This document shows, one piece after another, positions 22,959 to 36,900 of a DNA stretch of 64,000 nucleotides. A model generated the notes under the pieces. It made no database searches, was not told the origin of the DNA, and worked only from the letters and a program-made list of their open reading frames with translations. A program made the translations under genes and the position numbers. Positions within the stretch are counted from its first letter, which is position 1; each line of letters starts with the position of its first letter. Origin of the DNA: Lama guanicoe (taxonomy: Eukaryota); the NCBI GenBank assembly GCA_013239625.1, contig MU054049.1, positions 1,315,015 to 1,379,014 on the forward strand, written 5' to 3'.

Positions 22959-25900
22959 GTTTCTTCTAGCTCCTAGTCCAGCCATTCCTGGGTTGGGCCC
23001 ACTCCTGTGCTGCCACTTTCCGAAGCTGGGCATCCCCAGCTCCCTGGTGGCCCACCTGCAGCTGCTTAGCTTAGCTCTCATCTCTATCCCACCTACACCC
23101 CTCAATGGACAGAAACAGGGGACACCCAGCAGTGGGACTGGCTCAGCCTTGCCACCAATAGCCATCTCTCTAGACACAAATGGCCAACTGCTGGTGACAA
23201 AGACACCCTGGGGCCCAGCTACTCCACTTTCTCCCTCACCTGCTTTGGGGGAGTTGGGGGAAGTGCCCTGCAGTCACAACAGCAAGAGAGGCTTGCAGCT
23301 GGCTCTCTGTGGCCACCCCACACCCCCAGGCTGCACGGAGCAGAGTTCCTCACAGAGCTGAACACGGCCTCCATCTCATCCATCTTTGCTCCTAATGTCT
23401 GCACAGTGCACACTCGGGGCTCCAGCTCACATGCAGATGCTGAGCTGGGTAGGGAGGTGGAATTCCAGAATTAGAGACAGACCTTCCCTCAAAGAGGAGC
23501 CACCACGATGCCCCAGTCCTTCCTGGGAGAACTGCTGTATTGGAAGTGCACATCCTGGGAGAATTTACCTCTCCAGCCTCTGTCTTCCCCCCAAGGCTTT
23601 CAGAGGAACAGACAGAATTCTCCATCCCTCAGGGCCTGGGTGCTGCTGCTTCTCAGAAGCATCATTTACAGTAGCAGCTACTGTACATGCATTGAGCAAA
23701 GACCCTGGGCCCAGCCATCCCTCTTCCAGATAAGGATATGCCTCTCAGAACACTGAGTGGTTCGCCCAGTGTCAAACAAGACTGGAACTTGGTCTGTTGA
23801 TTCCCAAACTCATGCTCTTCTCATGAGAAAATCCCCAATGCTGCTCCAGGCTAGCTCAGAGCTCATTTATGAAGTCAGATCTAGGAATGTAAAGAGCCTT
23901 TCAGCCCCATGTGTCCATCTGTATGCTGTGGCTGGGACAGGGAGTGGCCCTTAGGCTCTGCTCACTGCTGTTGGCCACCTCATCCTTCAACTGGATGACA
24001 GAAGAACAAAGTGATTCCCTTCCAAACTTTGCAAGCACACCCCTCACATGAGACTTCTCCCTTCCTGGCCCGTGAAAACCCTGGATTTGCCTACTGTGGT
24101 GGTCACCCCTCCTCCTGCTGTAGAAAACCTAGGAAAGAAATTCTCTTCCAGTGTTCTGGATTGGAAATGGCATCCTCTGGTGCATTGTGGGGTTCTTTCC
24201 TCTGGGGAAGCATTGATGTAAAGGCCCTCTGTTGGGGCAGTGAGACATTTTTTAAAAACCTGTGTGGAAACTAGAAAAGACATCGTTTGGCCACTGCCAC
24301 CAACTGGTACTATTTGGGAGACAGTAAAGATACTGGGGGCACCTCCTCACATCCTCTGCTTAGCTCTTATGCAAGAAAAGTCTCCTCTCTTCTGCTTGGC
24401 CAGAGCACAAGGGCCAGGCCCTCAGTGATGGAGACTACCCTGAAGAGGGTGGGGCAGTACTGGGAAATACAACTCTTACAGCAATTCCTCTGATCACCCA
24501 TGCACCCCACAGGGCCTGAAGCCATTCACCTGCAGCATGAGTCTTGTGTTAGGAGTTTTCAGTGTGGACTTTGCCTTGCCTCTGTGAATCTTAATTGTGA
24601 ACAGGGAGGGGAGTAATCGCTTATTTTATTTAGCATAATTTAGCCATATAATTGTCTCGGCTGTCATGTTACCCAATGGCCTTTGAGTCGGGTCTGCAGA
24701 AACTGCTTTCCATTTCAAAGACAGCCTGGAAGGTCTGGAGTCAGCCGCTGCAGTTTAGTCACCTTCTGACTGACCTGCTGTTGAGAATTGAGACCTAAGC
24801 TCAATTCTCAACAAGAGCAGCTGTTTGGCACAGCCTCACACCCTTCCTGAGAATCAATTTTCCCCATTAAGAAGGAAATTGACAACAGTTCTAGGAAAGA
24901 CTTAATATAAGCCTCTGCTTCAAATGATTTTATGTGATCATATTCTTTTTCAAAATGTACAAAATTATACCAAAGGAAAAAAGATGTGCAACTGTACATT
25001 CCTCTATATAAAGAGCTTACAGCTTGGGTCAACTTTTATTGCTTTGAGCCAAAAGCCCATGATGGGATTTAGACTAAAGAGCCAATAAGCTATGCTCTTC
25101 AGAGTGCCTCGGGGTTACAGGGATCAAATGATTTGGGGAGCACAACTTGAAAGGTATTTAGCATTTCAAAGGCAGTTCATGAAAGGAATCATCATAGTGT
25201 TCACCATATGGATTTATCTGGACTGTCTAAAGTCGCTTTAGCTCTGCTTTTTTGCAGTGCTACAGCACAAAACGAGTGGCTTCAGAAATTATGCATCTGA
25301 CGGAGTCAGCAGTTAGAAACCAGCCTTCTGGAGGGTTGATTTCTGTGAGTGCTGGTTAGAACAACGGGGGTTCTTGGTGTGACTCCAGAATATAGACAGT
25401 GTGTGAATCCCACTACTACAGGGTGGAGGTAAGGTCCCAAGCTGGGTAGCGTTTGGGAAAAGCTCTTGATCATTTAAGTGCGTTCCATCTTTTACCTGCG
25501 TGAGCATTTCCTGCTATGATGTGGTTTCCCCTATGTCACCACACCTTGAATGCCTTCTTCTAAATCGCCCCAAGCCTGTTTAACCCCCAAACACCTGATG
25601 TCCGTGAAAACCTTTCCAGGTGAGGATGCACAGACTGATCAGGCAGGAAGGGACCTAAGAGAATGCTTGAGTCCACTCACCTGGAGTAGGTGAGGCCTGG
25701 GGACAGGTAAGGATCTGCTCATGTCACACCTTTGGCCAGTGGCCTGGCTCAGGACTCCCTTAGCCCCATATCTTATCAACCCCATGTCTGGGTGATGTCC
25801 TCTGCTTCTCTTTAAAGGAGGCAAATTCCAAAAATGAATTTGATTTGGGAAAAAGCTCATGCTCACCTGGGGTTAAGTTCAGAATATGAGATGAGCAATC

Positions 25901-26526
25901 TTGGGTGAAAGGTGATGTGGTTAAATGAGTCTTTCCTATGACCTCCTTAGGATCAGCCTGTTCCCCCAACTTCATTACCTAAAGGCCATACTCAAGCTTT
26001 AATGTATCTGAAATGACCAACACACAGGGTTCTCAGTTTTGCCCCTCAACCCCCTGCAAGGATCTGCCTTGTTGCTAGGTACTGTCTCTTCTCTTTCTCC
26101 CTTCCATGTATAGTCCCAACCCCACATTCTGTTCATTTGCTCTCCCCCAAAACTGCAAGCTTAAAGAGAGAGAAAAGATTGATTGGCTTTTCTCTTACAC
26201 ACAGACACTCGTTGGCCGCATCTGTGCTCTCTCATCTCCTTCCGCCAGAGGTAGCGAATATCTAATTCCCAGAGACACAAACCAACAATTTGAGAACTGA
26301 AACTGAGCTTTGCTTCAGCTCTTAAATCAAATACAAGCTGAGCTCATGGAAAGAGGGCACTAAAATGAAGTCAAACAGCCCCGCCTGGAATCCCGGTATG
26401 GTCAGCATCTCCTGGTGAACCAAGAGCAGGAAGGGTCAGAGGATGGGAGGGAGTGGAGAGGAAGGTCTGCTGAGCTCTTACTGAGTGCCATGCACTGCTC
26501 AGCACCTTCACAAGCTCCCTCTCTGT

Positions 26527-26981
26527 GAGATGCCATAAGTGTCTTGCTTCACATCGACTTGGCCACCTCCACTTCCAGCCACATCCTGTGGACAGTTCCA
26601 ACCACGCATCCCAACACCAGCCTGAGCCTCGGGTCTCTTTGCTTCTGCTTCTGAGCTTTCTTTGAAGACATGGCATCCCACTCAGCTCATAAATAATCTG
26701 AAATATGAGGGAGATACTGCTACTCAATGAGGGATGGGAGCACACATGCTCCAACAACTTCTTGAGCTTTAAACAGACAATTCTTGCTGGGTAGAGGTTC
26801 ACGCAGAGTTCGGCCTCTGCTGTCTCTAGAATCATTTTGCTGTGTGCATTTCACAAGCTTTTCCCAGTCTCACCCTCCTCACTCCCTCATTCCTGCCCCT
26901 TGGCCTCACCTCCCAAATGAGTTCTTTGTACCCAAGGATTTGTCTCAGGTTCTGCTTAGGTGGAAAACACAAACAAAAGCA
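26527..26981 (+). mobile_element. ERVL LTR (LTR33/LTR16-like)
   Basis: 3' end 'cactccctcattcctgccccttggcctcacctcccaaatgag...tgtctcaggttctgctt...aaacacaaacaaaagca'. Confidence 0.65.
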
Positions 26982-27759
26982 ACTCAAACAACAAAATGAA
27001 GGACTTTGTCATTTATATTCTTAGCTGCCTTCTTGCTAAAGTGAATGCTATTTAATAAAAGGCCACTTTGCTTGCTGAGCCCCCAAATGACTTGGATATG
27101 GGTCTGGGGAGGAGGATCTGGAGTTCCTGTGTTATCTGATGTAGACGGGAGGAGGGAGTTGCAGCAGCAAAAGGGGAGTGAGAAACCATTGGGGACCCTT
27201 GAGGGACAGGCCAACAATGGAAGGATCTGGAGGGAACTTCTGAAAAACTGATCAGTAAGTGATTTCAGTTGTCTACATGGTGATGTTCTGTGTGAGTCCT
27301 CCCCGACCTGTCTCAACGATGTGTGTATGAGTGGGTTCTCTGGGCTCGGTTCAGGGATGTCGCACTCCTGCATCACTGCTACATCCCAAGGAGGTCAGGG
27401 ACTCCAAGCAAAGTGGTCAAGAAGATGCAAGGCCACGGAAGGTGGAATCAGGAACTGTGCAAAGCTTTCTTGGTGGGTAGGATTAGGGAATGAGCCATTC
27501 TGCCCAGAGCTTCCCCGCTTGGCCCAGCTGAAGTCCTTCTAATTGTGCTGGGAGGCACATATTGAAGATACCTGGGGTGGACTGGAGAGAGCTGGGAGGG
27601 TCTGTCGAGGTTAACACAAAGGGGAACCAGAATCCAAACCTGAGCATGTCTGTCTCCAAAACCTGTGTCTCTCACAATCCCTGATGGACCAAGGGAAAAG
27701 CACTATTGATAAAGTCAGCAAAAGGGCTACCCTGAGGTGAGCGTCTGTTTCCTGGGTGT

Positions 27760-28540
27760 TCACCAGCCCGTGACCCTGAAGGCAGGGACAAGCTCTGGCA
27801 CATGATAAACACAACAAGTAACAACTATAGAGAGCTTTGCTTCATATGACATTCTGATGACTTTTTTTAGTGTTCACTAATTTGCTTCTTCAAGGGAAAA
27901 AGAAAATAGACACTATATCAGAAGGGCAGCTGCCCTGGAATGAAGCCTTATTTCTATGCTCTATTTCCAAGCATGGCTGCTAACAATTTGGCCACTTTGA
28001 GGGGTTCTTCATAGTTCCTGAAATAGCTCTAGGTGTCTCTTCTATTAATGGCTGGGTGGAAAAATGAGAGTTGTAGTGTCTGGTAAACATAGAAACGAAG
28101 CCAAAGGGCTGTTGAGACTCTGTTAGTGTGGAGACAGTGAACAGCTCACACCTCTGGTCCCATGATCTCATTTGGACATAACAGAATCCTCCTTCCTTGG
28201 AACTGTGTCACCAACACGCCTGACAAGCTGGCTTAGTGGCCTGGCTCTCTGCACATCCTGCACACATATGCTGCTGGGTACAGACCACTCTGCTGGACTA
28301 GGAGACCCCAGGGATGCTTCACCTTGAAACTTTGCCACTCAGATTCCCTGTATTGGGTCATTGTCTGTCACTATACGAGGTCACCAGCCCCAAGACAGTG
28401 TGAACCCCAAAGGGAGAGACAAGTTCTTACACATAAGAAACACAGTAAGTAACAACTATATAAAGCTTTATTCCAGACACTGTCCCAATAATTTTTTTTT
28501 TGGTATTAGCTACTTTGCTTCTTCAAGGGGAAAAAAAAAA
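27760..28540. repeat. Diverged direct duplication, ~150-bp units at 27760-27906 and 28381-28540
   Basis: Colinear shared words tcaccagccc, aagtaacaactata (27816/28447), tttgcttcttcaaggg (27881/28514). Confidence 0.8.
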
Positions 28541-28569
28541 CATGATGATGTAGTGCGACTCTGAGCTGG

Positions 28570-28725
28570 CACTATTTGTGCCCTCTGTTTTACAGATGAG
28601 ATATGGAGAGATAGAGAGGTTACCTTTCTAAGGTCACTCAGTGGGGGACGGAGTGGCAGAGCTGAGATGTAAACCCATGAGATCTGATCTGGAAGCTGGA
28701 TCATAACTGCTGTTCTAGACTATCT
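28570..28725 (-). mobile_element. MIR SINE
   Basis: 'tgttttacagatgagatatggagagatagagaggttac...aaggtcactcag...agtggcagagctgagatgtaaaccca'. Confidence 0.75.
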
Positions 28726-29079
28726 CTAAAAAGGGGGTTTTTGATAAATGATTGGGAGTGTCTGATGTATCGCACCAGCCTGAGCATGGTGATGATCTGG
28801 AAGAATATTTCTCAGCTCAAACTATTCCCAATATGATAAGCTGTTTATATTTTTTACTAAAAACCCCTGGAGTAAGAGAGAAGATAGTGGAGGTAAGTGA
28901 GATTGAAGAGCACCAGGGGGCATAAAGAAGGGTGGGATGCTGACAGTTAGGGGCTGGTTAATACTGATCGAAAAGATTCAGAGGTCTAGTTACTATCAAC
29001 CATCCTTCATCCTCACTCTGACTCAAATTTCCAGCCTCTAAAGTGAAACAATAAGAATGGACTTAAAATGGGGATTAAT

Positions 29080-30720
29080 TCAAGTAGGATAAGTGCCAAG
29101 AAACCCATATCTACACACACTAAAGTAAAACTGTAATAAATCAAAGACAATTAGAAAATATTTAAAGAAGCCAGTGGGGGAAACAAAGACACACTACCTT
29201 CAGAGGTATAACATTATGACCAAACACTGACTTCTCAATAGGAGCAATGGGAGCCAGAGGATAATGGAATTCTATCTTCAAAGTTCTGAAATCAACTGTG
29301 GACCTAGAATTCTATACCCAGCAAAAATATCCTTCAAAAATAATGGCAAAATAAAGCTATTTTCAGGCAAACAAAAAAATAGAGACTGTACCACCAACAG
29401 ACTGACCACTAAAGAGAACACTGAAAGATTTTCTTTTGACAGAGGAAATGATTTCAGATAGAAGCAGAGAAATGCAGAAAAGAACAATGAGCAACAGAAA
29501 GAACATGTGTGAGTAAAGAGAAATGACTCTTGGCTGTATAAAGCAATAATAACAATGCCTTGTAGAATTTAAAAATACATAGAATTGAAATGCATGACAA
29601 TAAAACACATAAGGTAGGAGAATTAGATAGAATTTAAAAATAACATTTTTTGTTAAACATGGAGTTACCATATGACTCAGCAATTTCTATCCTAGGTATA
29701 TACTCAGGAGAAATGCAAACATGTCCACACAAAAAATCTTGTACATGAATGTTCATTACTTAGTATTTAATATTACTAAAAGAATCTGAAGATATGTTGA
29801 GGATTTACCTCCATTTTATCCATGAGAAATCTTTGGGAAAAAATTGGAAAATTGGCATAATGGGAAGAAAGAGGCTAATGTCTACTAGATTGTAAAAGTT
29901 GGTCACTGTTAAACATCTAAAACAGATTTTGAGTGAGCAATGAAAAAAAACAAAAAAGGTGATCTCTTAAAAAAAATAAATAACGTTTTTATTTAGTATG
30001 GGAAATGGTAAATGTATGACTCTATATTAGATGCTAATAAGTCAGTGATGCATGTTGCAATCTCTAGGGTAATCATCAAAATTAGTAACATAATATGTAA
30101 AAAAACTTTCTAATAAAAAGGAATGAATAGAATGATGAAAAAATACTTACTATAAAAGAAAGCAAGAAAAGAGGAAAAAGGAAAATGGGACAGTAGAAAG
30201 GAGTGGAAAAGGATAGTTTCAAACCTACATATATCAGTAAATGCAATAAGTGTAAATGTAAAAATTATTTCAATTAAAAAATATAGCCACAAGACTAGAG
30301 AAAAAGACCACACTGCTTACAAAATACACACTTCATATGATATAGAACAGTTAAAAAGATGGAAAATGATGTCATGTAAATACCAACCAAAAGACTGCTG
30401 AGATAGCTCTATTAGATTTTTGAGGCAAGAAGGGTTATTAGAAATAAAGAGGATCATTTCATAATAAGAAAAATTTCACCAGAAGATAAAATAAACCTAA
30501 AATTTTACACCTAACATAGCCAAAAATATATATATACAAGAAGAATCTACAGAACTTAAGTGGAAATAGCAAATCCACAATCATAGTGGGAGATTTTAAG
30601 TTATCTCCCTCAGTAACTGATGAAACAAACAGATAATAAAACGCAAAAATAAACACACAAAAAATACTGAACAACAGATAAGAAATATGACCCAACTGGC
30701 TAACATAGAACATGGCACCC
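29080..30720 (+). mobile_element. Old L1: ORF1 C-terminus, inter-ORF region and ORF2 endonuclease remnants
   Basis: ORF 29264 contains 'PRILYPAKISFKNNGKIKLFSGKQK' (ORF1p CTD); 'acaatcatagtgggagatttt' (TIIVGDF); separate L1 3' fragment ~29650-29760. Confidence 0.88.
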
Positions 30721-30729
30721 AGTATTTCA

Positions 30730-31087
30730 AGGATGTTACCACCCTAGGCTTCAGGGAGAAGAGAAGGGAGAAATTACAGGGATTGAGAAGGAAAGAGTTG
30801 TGTGGAGATGGTCAGCTTGAGAGAGGGTCATCTTGAGAGAGGGGCTGTGAACCTCATCAAGAAGCAAAGCCCTGGACAACTGCAAGGAGGGATCTGGAGC
30901 AATAAATACCCATCCTCACTCTCTTCCTTCTGATCTTTCTGATCTCCTTCCAGGTTTCCCCAGTGGCCAAGGGCAATTGAAAACCGTTGATGTTGTCCAT
31001 ACAGATCGGCCTCCCTGAGCAGAGAGCAGGTAGAGAAAGATGGGCAGTGTATCTGGGGCTGGAGGCAAAAGAAAGTGACCCAGCACA
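30730..31087 (-). mobile_element. MaLR LTR (MLT1K/L-like)
   Basis: 'gatgttgtccatacagatcggcctccctgagcagagagcagg...tctggggctggaggcaaaagaaagtgacccagcaca'. Confidence 0.65.
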
Positions 31088-31949
31088 GATGTGTAAAAAT
31101 GAAACTTTGAATTCTTACAACTCAGTTTAATTTTTGACTTCCTACCGATTCTATCTTTCAGACACAATCAATTTGCTTTCCTATCAATTTAGAATATATG
31201 TAATTTCTCATCATTTAAGGTTTAAAATTTAATCATATCAGATTTTTTTTTCCTTTTCTGGAATTTCTTATTGCTTCAGGGGTTGATGCTGAACTTTGAG
31301 GTTTACAAGACAGAGCAGAAAAAGGGAGGAAGGTGCCCTCTTTTTGGTGTCAATTTCTGTTAGGTCTGAGGCAGCCTCTTGCTTTCAAAAGGACTCACCC
31401 TACTTGGTCTGTGGCGTAGCCAGTGTATTTCCCTTGGGAAGCTAGGGAAAGTATTGGGGAAAGAGAACTATCCCTGACCGTCTCAAACCTAGAGATGCAG
31501 ACCCACACTTCTCTGTTGGTCCAGGATGGCACAGGAGATTTCACTAGTTAACCCCCGGGCTACACTGTAGCAAGTATAGTACAAATCCTCTGTACTCTCT
31601 GATTCTACACTTACTCAGAGGGATGCAGAAGGTGGAGCATTTCCAAAATCCCCTGCTTCCTTCCACCCCAAACTCTCACCATCACCTCAATGTGGAAGGT
31701 CTTTGAATAGCTTTGAGGGGGGAATTGGGAGAGCAGGAGATTGGATGACACCTCCTTTCCAAGATTTTCTAGCTTACACTAGTAGCTAGGTTGTGGACCT
31801 AGAGTCCAAGCTACTCCAAGGATCCAGCTCTTGGACCTAGAGTCTGGCATCTCTGTTCCCTGGTCCAAATGGACAAGCCCCACTGGGATTCAGGGCAACC
31901 CCATATTCCAGAAGATAAAGAGGTTGATGAGCATCTCATGATGGTTCCT

Positions 31950-33035
31950 CTCACAAGTGAAGAGTCAGTCCTTCCTCTTGTGTCCTCAGTCTTGCTCCCT
32001 CTCACCTCCTGAAGGTTTCAGTTTCTTCTGGCATCCTTTTTTCTCTCCTACAGTGTCAGTGTCTCCCTCTCCCCTGGATCTTCCAACAGTGCAAAAATGC
32101 TACAGTGTCTCATCTCTAAACCAACGCAAATTCCCTTGACTTTCCTCCTACTCTCCAGCTCCTGTTCTACTTCTCCACTCCCCTTATTAGCAAAGCCTCG
32201 CATAAAGGCCATGTACACCAGCTTTCTACTCTTCCTCACCTGCTCAGGACTCTTCAGCTCCCTCCAAGTGAGTGTCTCTCTTCATTACTTTGTTGAAATT
32301 GCATTTGTCTAGGTCCCAAAGACCCACCCTGAGCTGAATCTCAAGATGATGTCTTTCCTCTCTTCTTTTTGACACATGCCTCTCCTGACTCCTGTGACCA
32401 CACCATCCTTGCTTTCCTGCTCTCCCAGTTAACTCTCCTTCTCAGGCTCATTGGCTGTGCCTTCTGTTATATCCACTCCATCGACATTAACACTTTAAGA
32501 CCTTTCTGGTCTTTCTTCTCTGGGCCTTCCCTACACTCTCCTCCTAATGCTAATGGTCCTCACATTTACTCTCCAGCCAAGTCCCCCTCCCAACCTGGAG
32601 AATCCCCATCCAACTGCCTTCCTGACCTCTCCATCTGCATTTCCAGCTGGCACCTGAAACTTACCAGGATGGGAATAGGATTCCTGGCTCACCTTTCCCT
32701 GCAGACTGTCTCTTGGTCTTGCCCATTCACTCAAATTCTCCATCCCTTAACATGGCAGGTACGTGCATTGACTCGCTCCTTGTCATACCATATCCAGGCA
32801 TCACAACAAATCCCAAGGGCCATGGCTGCTCGCCTCCCCTGTAACCAGCCTGGTCCAGGTCACCACCACGTCTTGCTGGGACTATTTCAATATCTTTAGT
32901 TGGTCTCCCTGTTCCATCTCTTCTCCTCGCAGCAAACACAGCAACACAAAAACACATCAAACACATAAAGCAACCCATGTTACTTCTCACATAAAAAATT
33001 TTAAGTGTCCACACTGTCTTAGTATAAATTCAAAC
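31950..33035 (+). mobile_element. L2 LINE body fragment
   Basis: Pyrimidine-rich; 'tccaactgccttcctgacctctccatctgcatttcc...cacctgaaact', 'cctggtccaggtcaccacc...tagttggtctccctg'. Confidence 0.75.
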
Positions 33036-33039
33036 TTGA

Positions 33040-33147
33040 TTTTTTCCAGAGTCATTGGGATGTAATGGACACATAACATTGCACAAGTTTAAGGTGTACA
33101 ACGTGATGATTTGATACATACCTATATTTTGAAATGACTACCACAAC
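33040..33147 (-). mobile_element. L1 extreme 3' fragment
   Basis: 'cataacattgcacaagtttaaggtgtacaacgtgatgatttgatacat...gaaatgactaccacaa'. Confidence 0.8.
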
Positions 33148-33699
33148 CTTATGTCAGGTCTTCTTTGTGATGCTTAAACTCCTACTTTATTGCATGACTC
33201 AGGAACCAAAAATAAGCAAACAAATAAATAAATCTGAACGTACTCATAATGAATCTGCATTTAGAAAGCTTCATTGATGAACTTGAATGAGTATCTCCAA
33301 ATGCATGTGGCAAATGTGGTTAATTTATCATTTCAATTTCTGTCAGCCAAATTTTACTGAACATTAACACTGGCATCAAGTTTCACAAAATCAAAGATAA
33401 AACAGGTGTTATAAACTATAGATTCACATTGACCCTAAAAATTTCTTCTAAGTGGCAGAATGCCCGCAGCAGGGAAGACAGCTATCAGGCAACTGTTAAA
33501 TGCCAGAATGTGTTGGAAAGTTGAGGCTGAGAGGGAAAGTGACTCTGGCTAACGGGAAAGGTCAAGGTGACAATGTGTTGGCAGAGCTGGGACACAACCT
33601 TAGGTCCTCTGGACACTAAAGCCTCTTTGCCCCTTTCCCCTTCTCCACAAGACTGCCTGCGAGTGTCTGAAGCCAGTGGTGGAAACAGGTGGATTCAGT

Positions 33700-33920
33700 A
33701 CAGTGGAGCAGGCACAGTGCTCCGGACTTCAAATTCATCATCCCAGTTAGTCTGCATGACAGCCCCATGTGGAAGGTACTGTAACTATCACCGACTCGTA
33801 CACAAGGGAACCAAGGGTAGGGCTTTTAGTGACTGTCCAAGTCAAATAGCGATACAGAGTAGGATTTGAACCCAGGTCCATGTGATGCTGTAACCCACGC
33901 TCAGAGTCATGCTATGATCC
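33700..33920 (-). mobile_element. MIR SINE
   Basis: 'caggcacagtgct...acagccccatgtggaaggtact...gtgactgtccaagtca...ggatttgaacccaggtc'. Confidence 0.7.
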
Positions 33921-36900
33921 TTCCCTCCTACATGCACAGCTCGGGAACCTCAAAAGCAGCAAACTTTGCTGCCAAGGAGTAAGAAAGGGTGTTTTGCAGA
34001 AAGCCCCAAAGAAAAAAAGAACCCCTAAATAAAACTAAGAATTTTTTAAAAAGTGAGGTGCAGCCAGAGGGACTGGTATATGGAACAGACTGTGGCCAGT
34101 TCTGGGGTGGGAGGGGTGGTTCAGCCAGCCTGAGGAGGGGCTGCAGCTCCTACACTCTCCCCCACCCCCATCAGAGTTGGGAAGCCCAGGTGGGAAGCCG
34201 GGACGGAAACTCAGTGGTTCAGGGTTTCCAATCCCATAGCTCTAGGTGCTGGAGTCCTCTGCAGCATCCTGCTTTCTGGGGCAAAGCATGAGGTCGCCAG
34301 GTCTCAGCCCTCCCCTGAGATAGCTGATCACTTACTCTCACTAATGCCTGCCTCCATGGTGGAGCTGCCGCAGATCAGACCCCCGTCCCCACGTTCTGCT
34401 GAGTGGCTCCAGGAAGGCAGATGTCCCTCTCTGAGCCCCACTCTGATTAGGTGATTTCTAAAAAGAAGTCTCATCCAGTCTTAAGATTAGGTGACCAAGG
34501 AAATATTCCTTTGAAAACATACTACATTATTCTTCTAGTCAAAGAGCTTTGTCGGCAAACCTAAAAGCTATTGCCTGTGGGGTGTGTGTGACCATCTCCC
34601 AGGAAGGCAGATCATTGGCATGTTTCCTGGGTCGGCTCCCAGACAGACACGAGGGAAGAATTCCAGGCAGCCCGCTATGTTACTGTTGCTCTCTGATATG
34701 GCTCTTAAAATAGTTGTCAAGTAGAGGCTGTGACCCTTAAAGGTTTCAAGGCAAAGGGTAATGAGGCTGATGGGGTCGGATCCTGGAGGGGGGTCCTTCT
34801 GTATCCTGCTCTCTTTCTCGGGAAAGGCTGTGCCCTGGGAGGGTCTGCGAGGAGCTGTCGAGGCAGCCGGCTGTTCCTGCAGCCGGAGGAAGCCAGCTCA
34901 GAGCAGCCACAGAAAAGGGGTGCTGTCAGCTCCACCCAGCATGCAGCACAGGCAGTGTGCGCTCACGATACTGACTGACAAGCATGCAGTGGCCGGTACC
35001 CGGCTCTGTGTCGGCTCAAGCCAGGCTCAGCGTCACCTCAGTGCACGGCCAGGCCCTCCCCAAGGAAGCCCATCGCTGTCACCTACACAGCTTCTCGCCG
35101 ACTCCCTCCAGACCTCCCTCCCTCTCGAGGCTGGGAGAGTGTCAGAACTGCAGAGTCCCTTCCTCTTTGTCAGCCCTGTGTATCCTGCCGTCTTGCTGAC
35201 CAAGATGCGTCCTTCCTGCTGACTGTGATGTGTTTGTGAAGATCCACTGATTTCTGCTGTTTCATGACATTCTATTTCTACCAGCCCAGTGTGGCCGGAA
35301 AATGTTCCCAAATATGCATGACCGTATACAGACCCTACAAGATTTTTTTTTTCTGGCCGTATGTCTTAACCACTCTCTTTCTTTGTTAGTACCGGACATC
35401 GCCCTCTTTGTAACAGTCTGCCTCCCAACCCTGGGCTGCAGAAGAAAGTTGGTGGGGCTCGGACCTGGCCGCCAGCATCTCCGGTGTGGCCGGCTTCTGA
35501 CGATTAGTGAAATTAGCAATAGAGTCTCTGATGCGCCGAAGGTCTGGGGAGATATTCAGGGCCCACTTCACAGATAAGTAATCGGGGGCTCAGCAAATGG
35601 CCCAGGGCAGCAGTGGGTCAGCTCCAGAGTCCAGGCCTTCACACCCACCCCAGGCCTTTTCCACTCCCTGAGATAGTCCTAGGCTCATTCTTAGACGATA
35701 CCTTGCAGAGTGTTTAGGGTGAAGTGATTGGCATTTAAATATTTATTTTCAAGTGATACGGAGGGATTCTATATCTAGATCTGTATCTACATCTATACAC
35801 ATATCTCAGAGAGTCTGAGAAAGATGTGAACAACCGAGATTCAGGAAGCAGGCCACTACAGGAGCAGCATCCGTGACTCCAGCCAGACCTTGCTGGCCCT
35901 CCTTGTGGAGCCCTGCTGTGGGACCAGAGCCAGCCTCTGCCCTTCTCTGAGCTCCTAGAATGAATGTGGTTGGTACGCTCGGTCAGGTGCCTACCCATGG
36001 GCCAGGGAGGGAAGGTTGCCCTGGGATATCAGCTCTGTGCTCCTGGAAAAGGGAGACTTGTAGTGAGCTTGGTCAGCCTGCCTCTCTCAGCCCCAAAGAA
36101 GGGTCTGCTCTAGTCAAAGGAAATAATTTCTAAAGGGTAATAGCAGGTGGAGGGAAGAAGGGTAGCTCCGGAGTAGACTTTTAGGACAGGCTAAGCAGAG
36201 GCATTTGAACTTTTCCCAGGTATAATGAGGGTGGGTTTTGGCAAGGGAGCACTTGACCTGCTAATGTGCTCAGCACTGGTCCTGTGACAGCTCAGAGGTT
36301 CTGCCAGGAATGCCCTGGAGGGTCTGACCTCTGCCCCACCCAACCCTTGTGTCACTGTACCCCAATTCTTTGCCAATGATGGCTGGTATGTTAACCTATG
36401 ACATCAGCCTCTGCAACCAGAATGGGTTTCCATCACTTGAATGAAAAAAACAACTAATTTAGCCACCCACCTGGCGTTATCTAAGCACTTCTCACTTCCC
36501 ACCTCCACGCCTTTCCTCCTGCAGCTCTCTCTGCTTGGGGCATCCTCCCTGGCAGCCACCTCCTCATGGAGGAATCGTATCTGACCTGAAGGTTTCAAAT
36601 GCTGCCTCCTTCCTGGAGATTACCCTGATCTCCCCAAAGGGCTATGACGCCTCCCTAGACCACCTTCTCCCTAGCGGACGGCCCTTGTCTCGGTCTGGTG
36701 GTCTTAGGTTAATGAGCTGTTACCATCAGTCTGAACTAGAAGTTCAGGTTCTCTGTAGGCAGAACGCAGGCTTGACTCTTCTCTGAATCTGCCATCTGGG
36801 CCTCGCCAGGCCTGATCCATGGAGAATGCCCAGTGTCGTGTAATAGGACGGAGGTGCATGGAGAGAGGATGGGGCCTGGGAGGGGAAGTCAATCTGAAAT

